Assembly: GCA_949290085.1 (NCBI GenBank)
Contig: CASEQH010000052.1
Coordinates: 9,746 to 73,745, forward strand
DNA from: an uncultured Bacillota bacterium
GTDB lineage: Bacteria > Bacillota_I > Bacilli_A > Erysipelotrichales > Erysipelotrichaceae
Length of the DNA stretch: 64,000 bases
Direction: 5' to 3'
Part shown: one piece after another, positions 36,543 to 45,391 of the stretch
How the letters are laid out: every line of letters starts with the position of its first letter
Numbering within the stretch: position 1 is the first letter of the stretch
The notes under the pieces: model-generated
Databases searched by the model: none
Told to the model about the DNA's origin: nothing
The model's input: the letters and a program-made list of their open reading frames with translations, nothing else
Made by a program: the position numbers and the translations under genes

Positions 36543-38398
36543 TTGTGATTACGGCTGCTTTTTTTAATCACGATAGTTAAACCGCATGTAAGCATCAATA
36601 TGCCAAACACAAAGACCATCTCACTCCATCCTTCACCACCTGTATGGAGGGCTGAAATAGTTTCATTGTTTACGATGGTAAAGTTCACGCAACCCCTATC
36701 AAAACCTTCACCGATGGCTACATCTTTTTCTCCGTTTTTAACAGTAGCTGAAGTAATTGTGCCATTTTCTGGGCTTTGTGCATTTATGGTTAATTCAATA
36801 GGACCTCTTAATAGGTTAAATCCAGGAACCGTTGCAAGTTCAGTAATTGAATAGATACCATCATCTAAGCCTTTTAATGTCAGATTACCACTCGCATTGA
36901 CATATACCTCAGTTATAGGTGTGCCGGTTTCTCTACCGTCATATACATGATATACACCATCGCTTTCTTTTATGAATTTTACATCTTCGTCTTTAAAATG
37001 ATTGTAGATATCAAACTTAACTACTGTTAAATCTTCAACTTTAGCAGAGAATGTTTTAAGAATGTTGATTTCATAGGTATATGTTTTGATATTTTTATTA
37101 CTTTCAAAATGCATATCTTCACTGGCTGATGTAGCATAAGTCAAACTATAAGTATTTTCTTCTTGTTTAAGACCGGTTGTTGCATCATTATTTGCTGCTC
37201 TTGCGTTAACTCTAGTAGAATATGTTACATATAATTTGCTGTCAACTGTAATAAGGTCTAATTTCTTTAAGCCTTCTTCAGTAAGAACTAGCTTAAAACC
37301 TGTTTGACCTTTTTCGGTATTGCTAATAGCTTCAACAGTATAATCTGTATTATAGGTAAGAACAGTTAATCCGGTTTCAGAGTTATATGATGCCGCACCT
37401 AGGCTTACACTAAAATTATTTGCACTTAAATCATCTATTGTAAGTCCATCAGACATCATATCTTCAATAATATATTTTCGATTGGTATTTCTTACTCCAT
37501 TTGTTAGCGGTTGAAGTACAGGCACATCACTTGTTAACAAGAATTTGACACTATCTCCTATGTTTTTATCTGTTTGTTGAACTAAAGAATTTGCACTAGC
37601 TCCATCTTGTTTATCGTTGCCAGTAGCTATGATATCTTTTCTAATAGACATTAGTTCTGATTTAGGATATGCAACTACATCATATTGCCACATTGTTCCA
37701 GGAGCATTATGATCAATTGAAACGATATTTGTCGTTGGAATAGGCATTAAAAATGGAGCAGATGCCTTAGCTGGCGTTTGAGTAGTACCATCATCGACAA
37801 AGCTAGGCGTCTTTACTTCAGCCACAATATATAAACCTAAATCTAATCCTGTAACTTGTGTTTTACCATTTGCATCAGTATCTGGCATCGCAGTTCCATT
37901 TTCATTGACAAAATCAATCATTTGAATTCCAGGAATAGATGAACCCTTATCGCTATTATCATAAGCCAAAGATGAGGTATTTAATTCTTTCATCGCAATA
38001 TTAATTTCATCGACAGTATAATAATTAATTCCATTAATCATTTTTGGATTTATGTCTATATCATTAGATGTGAATAACGCTAAAAAATCACTATCCAATG
38101 TATAATACAAACCTTCATAATTTCCTTCAGAATCCGTCGCTTGAACTAAATCACCGATTTTTAAGAATTTAAATCCTACCCCTTTAATCGGTTTATTAGA
38201 TATTCCAGTTAGATCTGTTTCAGTATAAGTACCATCTTTATAAGCTCCATTGAATGAAGCATATTTATAAAGAGTTATACTACCTTTTGCATCTTGGTCA
38301 ATCATTGTTGTATCTTCAGCGTAGGCAATACTAGTAAAATTACCTACAAAGATAATTAGTAATAAAATACTTATCCATAATCTCTTACTTAAAAACAT
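36539..38398 (-). CDS. Major pilin (backbone) subunit
   Basis: Signal peptide, TDANGKTQVTGLDLGLYIVAE, the pilin motif WQYDVVAYPK (YPK at 37661-37669), E-box YSITELATVPGF, and a C-terminal LHTGGEGW signal plus TM helix plus KKSSRNHK. A strong SD AAAGGAGGAA precedes it. Confidence 0.85.
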   Translation of the reverse strand: MFLSKRLWISILLLIIFVGNFTSIAYAEDTTMIDQDAKGSITLYKYASFNGAYKDGTYTETDLTGISNKPIKGVGFKFLKIGDLVQATDSEGNYEGLYYTLDSDFLALFTSNDIDINPKMINGINYYTVDEINIAMKELNTSSLAYDNSDKGSSIPGIQMIDFVNENGTAMPDTDANGKTQVTGLDLGLYIVAEVKTPSFVDDGTTQTPAKASAPFLMPIPTTNIVSIDHNAPGTMWQYDVVAYPKSELMSIRKDIIATGNDKQDGASANSLVQQTDKNIGDSVKFLLTSDVPVLQPLTNGVRNTNRKYIIEDMMSDGLTIDDLSANNFSVSLGAASYNSETGLTVLTYNTDYTVEAISNTEKGQTGFKLVLTEEGLKKLDLITVDSKLYVTYSTRVNARAANNDATTGLKQEENTYSLTYATSASEDMHFESNKNIKTYTYEINILKTFSAKVEDLTVVKFDIYNHFKDEDVKFIKESDGVYHVYDGRETGTPITEVYVNASGNLTLKGLDDGIYSITELATVPGFNLLRGPIELTINAQSPENGTITSATVKNGEKDVAIGEGFDRGCVNFTIVNNETISALHTGGEGWSEMVFVFGILMLTCGLTIVIKKSSRNHK

Positions 38399-38470
38399 TA
38401 TTCCTCCTTTGATTAATCTGATTAATATCTCTATTAGATTATTGTCACTTAGCTAGGAATAATCCTTAGA

Positions 38471-38499
38471 AAAAAATTAAAAAAGCACCAGTGGTGCTT
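38471..38499 (-). terminator. Terminator of the rdgB...yfcE operon
   Basis: The minus strand has stem AAGCACC/GGTGCTT followed by TTTTAATTTTTTT. Confidence 0.8.
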
Positions 38500-38519
38500 A
38501 GTAAGACTATTTAATTAAG

Positions 38520-38975
38520 CTAGAGATTATATCTTTTGACACTTATCTCTTTATCATTTATATCTACAATGGCGTAAGAAGGCATAGTCATATCTCTATT
38601 ATAGCTACATGATCCCGGATTAATGAGCCTTATATTATCGATACAAGCATCTAAAAACATATGAGTATGACCAAAGAATACTACATCACAATTTAATTCT
38701 TTAGCTCTTTTAATCAATAGATCATAGTTTCTAAAACTTACATATCTATGGCCATGCATCAATAATATCTGATGATTCAAGATTTTGATTATGCGATGAT
38801 CTGGTAAATCAGTATAATCATTATTACCTTTGACGCTGACAAAGGGTCTCAATAAAGCTGGATTTAATTCAGAATCACCACAATGAAGATAATAATCTCC
38901 ATCTTGATGTTTCATAGCTATATCTTTGATGACCTTTAGATTGCCATGATTATCTGATACTAGTACTATCTTCAT
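38520..38975 (-). CDS. YfcE/MJ0936 family metallophosphoesterase
   Basis: Motifs SDNHGN, HCGDSE, GNND and GHTH. The start is ATG 38975 (MKIVLVSD), or alternatively TTG 38990. Confidence 0.85.
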   Translation of the reverse strand: MKIVLVSDNHGNLKVIKDIAMKHQDGDYYLHCGDSELNPALLRPFVSVKGNNDYTDLPDHRIIKILNHQILLMHGHRYVSFRNYDLLIKRAKELNCDVVFFGHTHMFLDACIDNIRLINPGSCSYNRDMTMPSYAIVDINDKEISVKRYNL

Positions 38976-39675
38976 AAAACTTATATTCAACCCTCACGTG
39001 TCTTTGGAGATATTTTTCTAAATTATCATCCTTTTTTAAATCTATGAGCACTTTTCCATCATTATCATCAGAAAGAAAAGAATAAGTTAAATCATTAGAA
39101 TCATATATAGGAACATTAAAAATATTTTGAAAAATATCTATAACGGCTGGATAATGCGTACAAGCTAAGATTACCGCATCGATATCTCTTATATCTTCTA
39201 ATTCCTTATGAATGTAGCTATCAATTTCTTTGATATCATGATAATTTTCTATCATACTCGCTAATTTACTCAAAGGCTTAGAGATAGGAACATGACCTTT
39301 TTTAATTAATAAATCAGCATATCTTCCCTTTTCTATCGTCTTGTCGGTTCCCAGAATCAAAATATTAGAGCCAGGAGCTAAATCAATCTGTTCTATGGTT
39401 GAAGAAATGATATCATGAATCTTTATAGCCTTGTATGAAGTAAAATCAATAGTCGAACATAGTGTATTACAAGCTACTATCAAGTCCGAGCAATTCTTAG
39501 CTAAATAATAATCATAATTACGATTAAAAATCTCAATTAATTCCTCATCAGTTTTAGTACCAAAAGGCGCATGTTCACGATCGGCATGATATAAAAATGT
39601 TTGATGAGGATACTTTTTAGCCAGTTTCTCTAGTAGTAATATTCCTCCTAAACCTGAATCAAATACACCTATCAT
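38950..39675 (-). CDS. murI: Glutamate racemase
   Basis: IGVFDSGLGG plus both catalytic Cys motifs, VACNTLCS and LACTHYP. Confidence 0.85.
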   Translation of the reverse strand: MIGVFDSGLGGILLLEKLAKKYPHQTFLYHADREHAPFGTKTDEELIEIFNRNYDYYLAKNCSDLIVACNTLCSTIDFTSYKAIKIHDIISSTIEQIDLAPGSNILILGTDKTIEKGRYADLLIKKGHVPISKPLSKLASMIENYHDIKEIDSYIHKELEDIRDIDAVILACTHYPAVIDIFQNIFNVPIYDSNDLTYSFLSDDNDGKVLIDLKKDDNLEKYLQRHVRVEYKFYEDSTSIR

Positions 39676-40664
39676 CTAATCGCCTCTTTCAATGAGAGAT
39701 TTGAGCTATGCATCTCATTTGCCAAATCAATGCCGACATAACGGAAATGATTTAAGCGAGGATATTTATTTGTTGCCACTTGCGTATTAGCTGTATAGGT
39801 CTGTACAAAACCATATTCGTGTGCATGTTCCAATAGCCACTCATATTGAGGAGCTTCTTCAATATTTGCATATCCATAGAAGCTGATATCAATGGCTAGA
39901 CCTAGTTGATGTTCGCTATGACCAGGATAGTCAACATAAGAGAGATAATCATCAGGATGTTCGCTTTGCATGCTTTCAAATAGTTCTACTTGTTCATCAT
40001 AAGAGACATAAGCCTCTTCGATAATCAAACCTCCGCTTTCACCGCCATATTCATTAGCCAAATCAGCACACAATTGTTCATAGTGTTCAGCAACATTAGA
40101 CTTCAATAAAAAGCTTTGACCAAACGTACCTAGATTTAATTCTACTAAGTCATAGGGAATACGAGTAGACATGGTTAGCTCATCATCTAGATAAGCTCTG
40201 GCACTTTCGGGATTATTGATAATTGTAGAACCGGGATTATAGATATCGCCATGACTTAGCCATTCCAAGACTTCTGAATAATAATAGTCTCTTGCTAGGT
40301 CTAAAGCTGTATCAATGCCATTTTCGTATTGTAATAATTCTTCAGTAAAATTGACAACTTGTTCATTTGATAAATACCAATAGCGACTACTGATATCATT
40401 ATAATAATCGATATGATAAATATTAAAAGCGTCATATTCAATATAACTTATAAATTGGATAGGAGCTATGGAATATTCGATAATGTATTCTATCTCACTA
40501 TCATCTAAATACATATCTATTAATCTTCTATCGTTTTCATTTTCATAAGGATATCTCGATAATCGATCAAAACCAATATTCATATATGAGAAACATAGGA
40601 TGAAAATAAAAATGATTGAAGCTAATAATAACACTCTTTTAGCTTTCACTCCTTTATTATACAT
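39672..40664 (-). CDS. M15B (VanY-type) D-alanyl-D-alanine carboxypeptidase, membrane anchored
   Basis: N-terminal TM helix, HSEHQLGLAIDI (SxHxxGxAxD) and NHFRYVG. Confidence 0.8.
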   Translation of the reverse strand: MYNKGVKAKRVLLLASIIFIFILCFSYMNIGFDRLSRYPYENENDRRLIDMYLDDSEIEYIIEYSIAPIQFISYIEYDAFNIYHIDYYNDISSRYWYLSNEQVVNFTEELLQYENGIDTALDLARDYYYSEVLEWLSHGDIYNPGSTIINNPESARAYLDDELTMSTRIPYDLVELNLGTFGQSFLLKSNVAEHYEQLCADLANEYGGESGGLIIEEAYVSYDEQVELFESMQSEHPDDYLSYVDYPGHSEHQLGLAIDISFYGYANIEEAPQYEWLLEHAHEYGFVQTYTANTQVATNKYPRLNHFRYVGIDLANEMHSSNLSLKEAIR

Positions 40665-41170
40665 TATTTGAGTAACCAGTCTTTCCCTTTTATCACTTCA
40701 TTAGGCGATAAGTTACCAAAACCTACCTGTCTTAGACACTCATATGCACCGATTGCAACACAATTAGATAGGTTTAGACTTCTCGCGTCTTCACGCATCG
40801 GTAGGCGATAGGTACTATCGAGATGATTTTTAAGAATAGGCTTAGGAATACCTGTACTCTCTTTGCCAAAGATTAGATAGATGTCTTTATTGAAAATCTT
40901 AAAATCACAAGTATCAAAAGTCTTCATGCCATAACGTGAAAAGAAGACATAGTCTCCATCATTTTTACTAGCGAAATCATCAAAATTTGGATAGATGTAA
41001 TATTTTAAATCATTGATATAGTCCATAGCACTACGTTTAAGATGCTTGTCATCTAAAATAAAACCCAAGGGCTCTATGAGATGCAGTTGCATATTAAAAG
41101 CACTGCAGGTACGCATGATATTACCGGTATTTTGTGGTATTTCTGGTTCAAATAGCACGACATTAATCAT
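40664..41170 (-). CDS. trmL: tRNA (cytidine/uridine-34 2'-O)-methyltransferase TrmL (SpoU family)
   Basis: 168 aa. VLFEPEIPQNTGNIMRTC, FGKESTG, SLNLSN. Confidence 0.9.
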   Translation of the reverse strand: MINVVLFEPEIPQNTGNIMRTCSAFNMQLHLIEPLGFILDDKHLKRSAMDYINDLKYYIYPNFDDFASKNDGDYVFFSRYGMKTFDTCDFKIFNKDIYLIFGKESTGIPKPILKNHLDSTYRLPMREDARSLNLSNCVAIGAYECLRQVGFGNLSPNEVIKGKDWLLK

Positions 41171-41843
41171 TTATTTCCCTTCTTTCTAAAAGCCAAATGA
41201 TAAAATAGGCAAATGCCCATATCGCAATGGTCATGATTATGATGTTGCTTACTAAAGTATAGAAAAAATTTAGAGGAACCATCATTATTAGACGGTCGGT
41301 TGCCGGATTTAATAACCATAAATCATTAGAGAAGAAGACATGGTGAAAATTAGTCCAAAAAGAATTAAAGTCAGTGATGATATAAGTTCCTAAGGCTAAG
41401 ATGATAGCCATCAAAAAGCCAAAGGCATTTAGATACATCTTTTTTAAATCCTTAAAACGATGATTAGTCTTATTAATAAACATGTATATGGCGCAAACAA
41501 AACTAGTGATAAAAAGAATATTTCTAACTGTCATGACATTCTCGTATAATATCTTGACATCGACCATATGGGCCTTTTCTCTATCGTTAAATCCTTCAAC
41601 TATTTGACCATTATCACTTATCTTTACACTTAAGTCTTCTCTATCATCCCTTAGATAAGCTAGTAAGGTATCAGTCATTTCATTTAAGTCTTCTTCAGAT
41701 ATTCCGATTTGTGCAGCGGTATTATTTTGCACATAGAAATCTTGATAAAAGGTATTGTTGAAACAATTATAATCAATCATCTCTAATAGAGAAAAGATGA
41801 GAAATGAAAGACTCATAATAAATAGTACTATCTTATTTTTCAA
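41163..41843 (-). CDS. TIGR01906/DUF1461 family membrane protein (Lit-like lipoprotein intramolecular transacylase candidate)
   Basis: 226 aa. One N-terminal TM helix, an extracytoplasmic segment of about 90 aa, then three TM helices with FHHVFFSNDLWLLNPATDRLIMMVPLNFF. The family assignment is from memory. Confidence 0.6.
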   Translation of the reverse strand: MKNKIVLFIMSLSFLIFSLLEMIDYNCFNNTFYQDFYVQNNTAAQIGISEEDLNEMTDTLLAYLRDDREDLSVKISDNGQIVEGFNDREKAHMVDVKILYENVMTVRNILFITSFVCAIYMFINKTNHRFKDLKKMYLNAFGFLMAIILALGTYIITDFNSFWTNFHHVFFSNDLWLLNPATDRLIMMVPLNFFYTLVSNIIIMTIAIWAFAYFIIWLLERREIND

Positions 41844-42408
41844 AATAATCTACCATCTTTCTAAGTGCTAGATAGCGATGAGAAATCTTATTCTTCCCTT
41901 CGTCACTGAGTTCAGCTAAAGTCTTATTAGTACTTTTATCAAAAAAGATAGGATCAAAACCAAAACCGTTACCGCCTTTAGCTTCTAGAGCTATTTCACC
42001 ATTCATGATGCCTTCAAAATATAGCGGACCATTTTCATCTATATAACAAATGGCACAGGTATAATGAGCCCTTCTATCTTTAATATCTTTCATGACATCT
42101 AAAATAAAGGCATTAGTTCTAAGATAATCATTACCACCTAAAAATCTAGCACTGTGGATGCCGGGATTATCATTAAAATAATGGATAGAAATACCACTAT
42201 CGTCACTAAAGGAAGGAATATGATATTTCTGATAGTAATAATTAGCTTTCTTATAGGCATTTTCTGCAAAGCTAAAGCCATCCTCCACTACTTCATCTCT
42301 ATCATTTAATTCATCTAAAGAGATGATATCATAATCAAGGTGGGCGAATATCTCTCTAACTTCCCGCACTTTATTTTTATTCTTTGTTGCAAATAATATT
42401 TTTTTCAT
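41833..42408 (-). CDS. rdgB: Non-canonical purine NTP pyrophosphatase (RdgB/HAM1)
   Basis: MKKILFATKNKNKVRE..., GFGFDPIF, SHRYLAL. Confidence 0.9.
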   Translation of the reverse strand: MKKILFATKNKNKVREVREIFAHLDYDIISLDELNDRDEVVEDGFSFAENAYKKANYYYQKYHIPSFSDDSGISIHYFNDNPGIHSARFLGGNDYLRTNAFILDVMKDIKDRRAHYTCAICYIDENGPLYFEGIMNGEIALEAKGGNGFGFDPIFFDKSTNKTLAELSDEGKNKISHRYLALRKMVDYFEK

Positions 42409-42409
42409 A

Positions 42410-42418
42410 TGTTATAAT
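42410..42418 (+). promoter_or_regulatory. Extended -10 box TGtTATAAT exactly 6 nt upstream of the ATG at 42425 (candidate leaderless promoter)
   Basis: ATGTTATAATCTAGTC-ATG. The whole divergent intergenic region is only 16 bp and has no SD. Confidence 0.5.
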
Positions 42419-42424
42419 CTAGTC

Positions 42425-43252
42425 ATGTGCATTTCTAACAGACTAGAAAAATTATACCATAAAGACTTTAAACTGATACATACTGATTTAGGATTGTCTA
42501 ATGACATCTACATCATAGAACTAGCTGATGGCGATAAGGATGTACTAAGAATACCAAAAAAAGACATAGATGAACATGTGCATCGCGACTTAGAAAGAGA
42601 TATACAATTAGCTTTAGTAGGTAGTGGTTTAGACTTTGAAGAAGTCATTTATTTTAATGATGAACACATCAGAATTACTAAATTTGTCGAAGGTATTAAG
42701 ACTTTTAAACAATGCGATAATCCTCTTAAATATCATCTAGTCATCGATAATATCAAAAAGTTTCATGGCTTAAATCTTCAAACCGATGTCGATTTCAAAC
42801 TAAAAGAAAAATATCAATCATTTCTCAATGACATAAAAGAACCCCTTATTGACTATGCACAATTTGAATATATCATTCAAAGATTTACAGAAATAAGTAA
42901 AATTAAGATATTGTCACATAATGATTTAGTTGATGGTAATCTATTATTTACTAAAGATCATTCTTATTTAATCGATTATGAATATGCAGGCAATAATCAT
43001 CCCTATTTTGATTTGATGAGTTTTTTAAGTGAGAATAGAATCTTCGATGAAGAAATCAGATTAGATATCTTTAATTATTATTTTGATAACAAACTTAATG
43101 ATAAGATAATGAAAGAATTAAGAATTATTGAAGATGCTCAAAATGTTTTGTGGGCAGCTTGGGCTAACATGTTATATAATTTTAGAGGCAATAAGATATA
43201 TAAAGATATCTTTGAAGATAAAATAGAAGCAATAGAGAGAAAACATATATGA
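42425..43252 (+). CDS. Choline/ethanolamine kinase-like phosphotransferase (APH fold)
   Basis: Brenner motif HNDLVDGNLLF and IDYEYAG. 275 aa. Confidence 0.75.
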   Translation: MCISNRLEKLYHKDFKLIHTDLGLSNDIYIIELADGDKDVLRIPKKDIDEHVHRDLERDIQLALVGSGLDFEEVIYFNDEHIRITKFVEGIKTFKQCDNPLKYHLVIDNIKKFHGLNLQTDVDFKLKEKYQSFLNDIKEPLIDYAQFEYIIQRFTEISKIKILSHNDLVDGNLLFTKDHSYLIDYEYAGNNHPYFDLMSFLSENRIFDEEIRLDIFNYYFDNKLNDKIMKELRIIEDAQNVLWAAWANMLYNFRGNKIYKDIFEDKIEAIERKHI

Positions 43253-44142
43253 GACATATTTTTATCGTTAATCGAATATCTGGTCAAGGAAAGGCCTTAA
43301 AATTTGTACCCATTATTGAAAGAGTAGCCAAAAAATATCAATTAGATTATGAAATACTCTATACAGAGAAAGAAAATGATGCCAAAATCTATGCTCAGAA
43401 GTATCATGATAATGACATCATAATTTATTCAGCCGGTGGTGATGGAACGCTTTTTGAAATCGTTAATGGGATAAATGACACTAGCACGCTATGTGTTTTA
43501 CCCCTAGGAAGTGGTAATGACTTCTGCCGTTTAATCAGTAATGAAAAGAATGTTGAAAAGATTTTAATCGATAGTATAATTGGCCACCAAACCAGTATAG
43601 ACTACGCTTTGTGCAATGACTATAAATGGATAAATGTCACTAGTTTTGGCATCGATGCCGAAATAAATGCGACGGCTTCTAAATGGATTAGAAAAGGATT
43701 ATTTACTAAGGGCCCTGCCTATATCTTTTCCATAATCAAAAATATGATCAATTTAAAATCTCACCACTACACAATCAAGGTCGATGGTGAGACATTAAAA
43801 AATGATTATTATATAGTCGCTGTTTTAAACGGTCGCTATTATGGCAATGGTGTTCCTGCCTGTCCAGATGCTTCGGTACAAGATGGCTATTTAGATTTAT
43901 GCTTAGTGCCTAAGATATCTTTCTTTAAAGTATACCCTTTATTAATTAAATATCTGAGTGGCAAACATTTAAATGACCCTGATTTCAAACGCATCAAAGC
44001 TAAAGATATTGATATTAGCTGCGATGAAATAGTTAATTATCAATCCGATGGTGAAAATAATATGACAAATCATGTCCATATAAGTATCAAGGAAAAAGCC
44101 TTAAAGATGATAATACCTAATAATAGTAAACATATCATTTAG
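43249..44142 (+). CDS. Diacylglycerol/lipid kinase family protein (YegS/DagK-like)
   Basis: [21 protein letters not shown] and the DAGK catalytic domain pattern. Confidence 0.85.
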   Translation: MRHIFIVNRISGQGKALKFVPIIERVAKKYQLDYEILYTEKENDAKIYAQKYHDNDIIIYSAGGDGTLFEIVNGINDTSTLCVLPLGSGNDFCRLISNEKNVEKILIDSIIGHQTSIDYALCNDYKWINVTSFGIDAEINATASKWIRKGLFTKGPAYIFSIIKNMINLKSHHYTIKVDGETLKNDYYIVAVLNGRYYGNGVPACPDASVQDGYLDLCLVPKISFFKVYPLLIKYLSGKHLNDPDFKRIKAKDIDISCDEIVNYQSDGENNMTNHVHISIKEKALKMIIPNNSKHII

Positions 44143-45070
44143 CATAGGCATCGATAATTCTTTGAACCAGAATGCTTCTTACAACGTCACTGCGGTCAAG
44201 ATTAATCATCGCAATACCTTCGATATTTTGAAGCCTATTCATGGCTATAATCAAGCCACTGGCTTCTTTTTTAATTGGTAAATCAATTTGGGTTATATCA
44301 CCATTGACTACCATCTTAGAATTCTTGCCTAGACGTGTCAAAAACATCAACATTTGAGAGTTGGTAGTATTTTGCGCTTCATCAAGAATAATAAAGGAAT
44401 CATTCAAAGTTCTTCCACGCATAAAGGCTAATGGTATTATCTCGATGACATTTCTCTCTAACATCTTCATGAATTGCTGGTTACCAAGTAAATCATTTAA
44501 AGCGTCATATAAAGGCATGAGATAAGGGTCGACCTTCTCTTTTAAATCACCTGGTAAAAAGCCAAGGTTCTCGCCAGCTTCAACAGCAGGCCTTGTCAAA
44601 ACTATCTTTTTAACTTCACCCTTTTTATAAGCCTGTACAGCCATTGCGACAGCCAAATATGTCTTGCCAGTGCCTGCAGGGCCTACCGCAAAGACTAGGT
44701 CATATTTGCTTATGGCTTTGATCAATCTATTTTGATTTTTAGTCTTGGGGAAGATGGGTCTACCACCAAAGGAATAAGTAATAGGCGTGTATTTATCACT
44801 ATCACTATCATCAGATTGACTATATGTCTCATAGACATCATCTTCATTTAGCTGTTTTTTCTTTTTTAATAAATCAATAAGTTTATGGATATGACGCTTA
44901 AATATATTAAATTTTTCATCATCTACATCCGCCAATTTAAAACTATTATCTCTAAAACTGATATCAATCTTGTAAATGTTTCTAAGTGCCTTTAGATTTC
45001 TATCTTCAATGCCTAAAAGTTCACGAACTAAATCGGAATCTAAATCAATGCCATAAGTTTTGTATTCCAT
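44135..45070 (-). CDS. phoH: PhoH family ATPase
   Basis: Walker [17 protein letters not shown] and GDITQIDL. Confidence 0.9.
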   Translation of the reverse strand: MEYKTYGIDLDSDLVRELLGIEDRNLKALRNIYKIDISFRDNSFKLADVDDEKFNIFKRHIHKLIDLLKKKKQLNEDDVYETYSQSDDSDSDKYTPITYSFGGRPIFPKTKNQNRLIKAISKYDLVFAVGPAGTGKTYLAVAMAVQAYKKGEVKKIVLTRPAVEAGENLGFLPGDLKEKVDPYLMPLYDALNDLLGNQQFMKMLERNVIEIIPLAFMRGRTLNDSFIILDEAQNTTNSQMLMFLTRLGKNSKMVVNGDITQIDLPIKKEASGLIIAMNRLQNIEGIAMINLDRSDVVRSILVQRIIDAYAK

Positions 45071-45092
45071 ACAATTTACCTCATCTCATAAT

Positions 45093-45119
45093 AAAAAATA
45101 GTAAAGTTAAACTTTACTA
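45093..45119 (-). terminator. Terminator/attenuator after rpsU
   Basis: 8-bp stem TAGTAAAG/CTTTACTA overlapping the rpsU stop. On the minus strand it is followed by TTTTTTATT. Confidence 0.7.
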
Positions 45120-45296
45120 TTTACCTCTTCTAGCTTTTCTTGCAGCTTCAGATTTTAATTTACGGCGAACACCTGGTTTAACATAGTATTCACGTTTGCG
45201 TGCTTCAACGAGAGTGCCGTTGCGAGAAACTTGTCTTTTGAAACGACGTAAAGCATCATCTAATGCTTCATTTTCCTTTACGATAACCTTTGCCAT
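45117..45296 (-). CDS. rpsU: 30S ribosomal protein S21
   Basis: [21 protein letters not shown].... The start is at ATG 45296 behind AAGGGGGTG, so the 14-codon upstream extension in the ORF track is rejected. Confidence 0.95.
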   Translation of the reverse strand: MAKVIVKENEALDDALRRFKRQVSRNGTLVEARKREYYVKPGVRRKLKSEAARKARRGK

Positions 45297-45391
45297 GATA
45301 ACACCCCCTTTTTTTACTTTATTAATTATATAAAACAATAATTTGAATTACAATATCTAACTATAAAATAACTTAAAAAGTATCTAAAAAA

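Noticed and set aside
28844-38520. The pilus locus as a tRNA-Glu-targeted integrative island.
   Set aside because: There is no integrase and no mobility genes. I could not find a direct repeat of the tRNA-Glu 3' end at the distal boundary (38400-38520). Composition also looks like the rest of the window. Adjacency to the tRNA may be coincidental.
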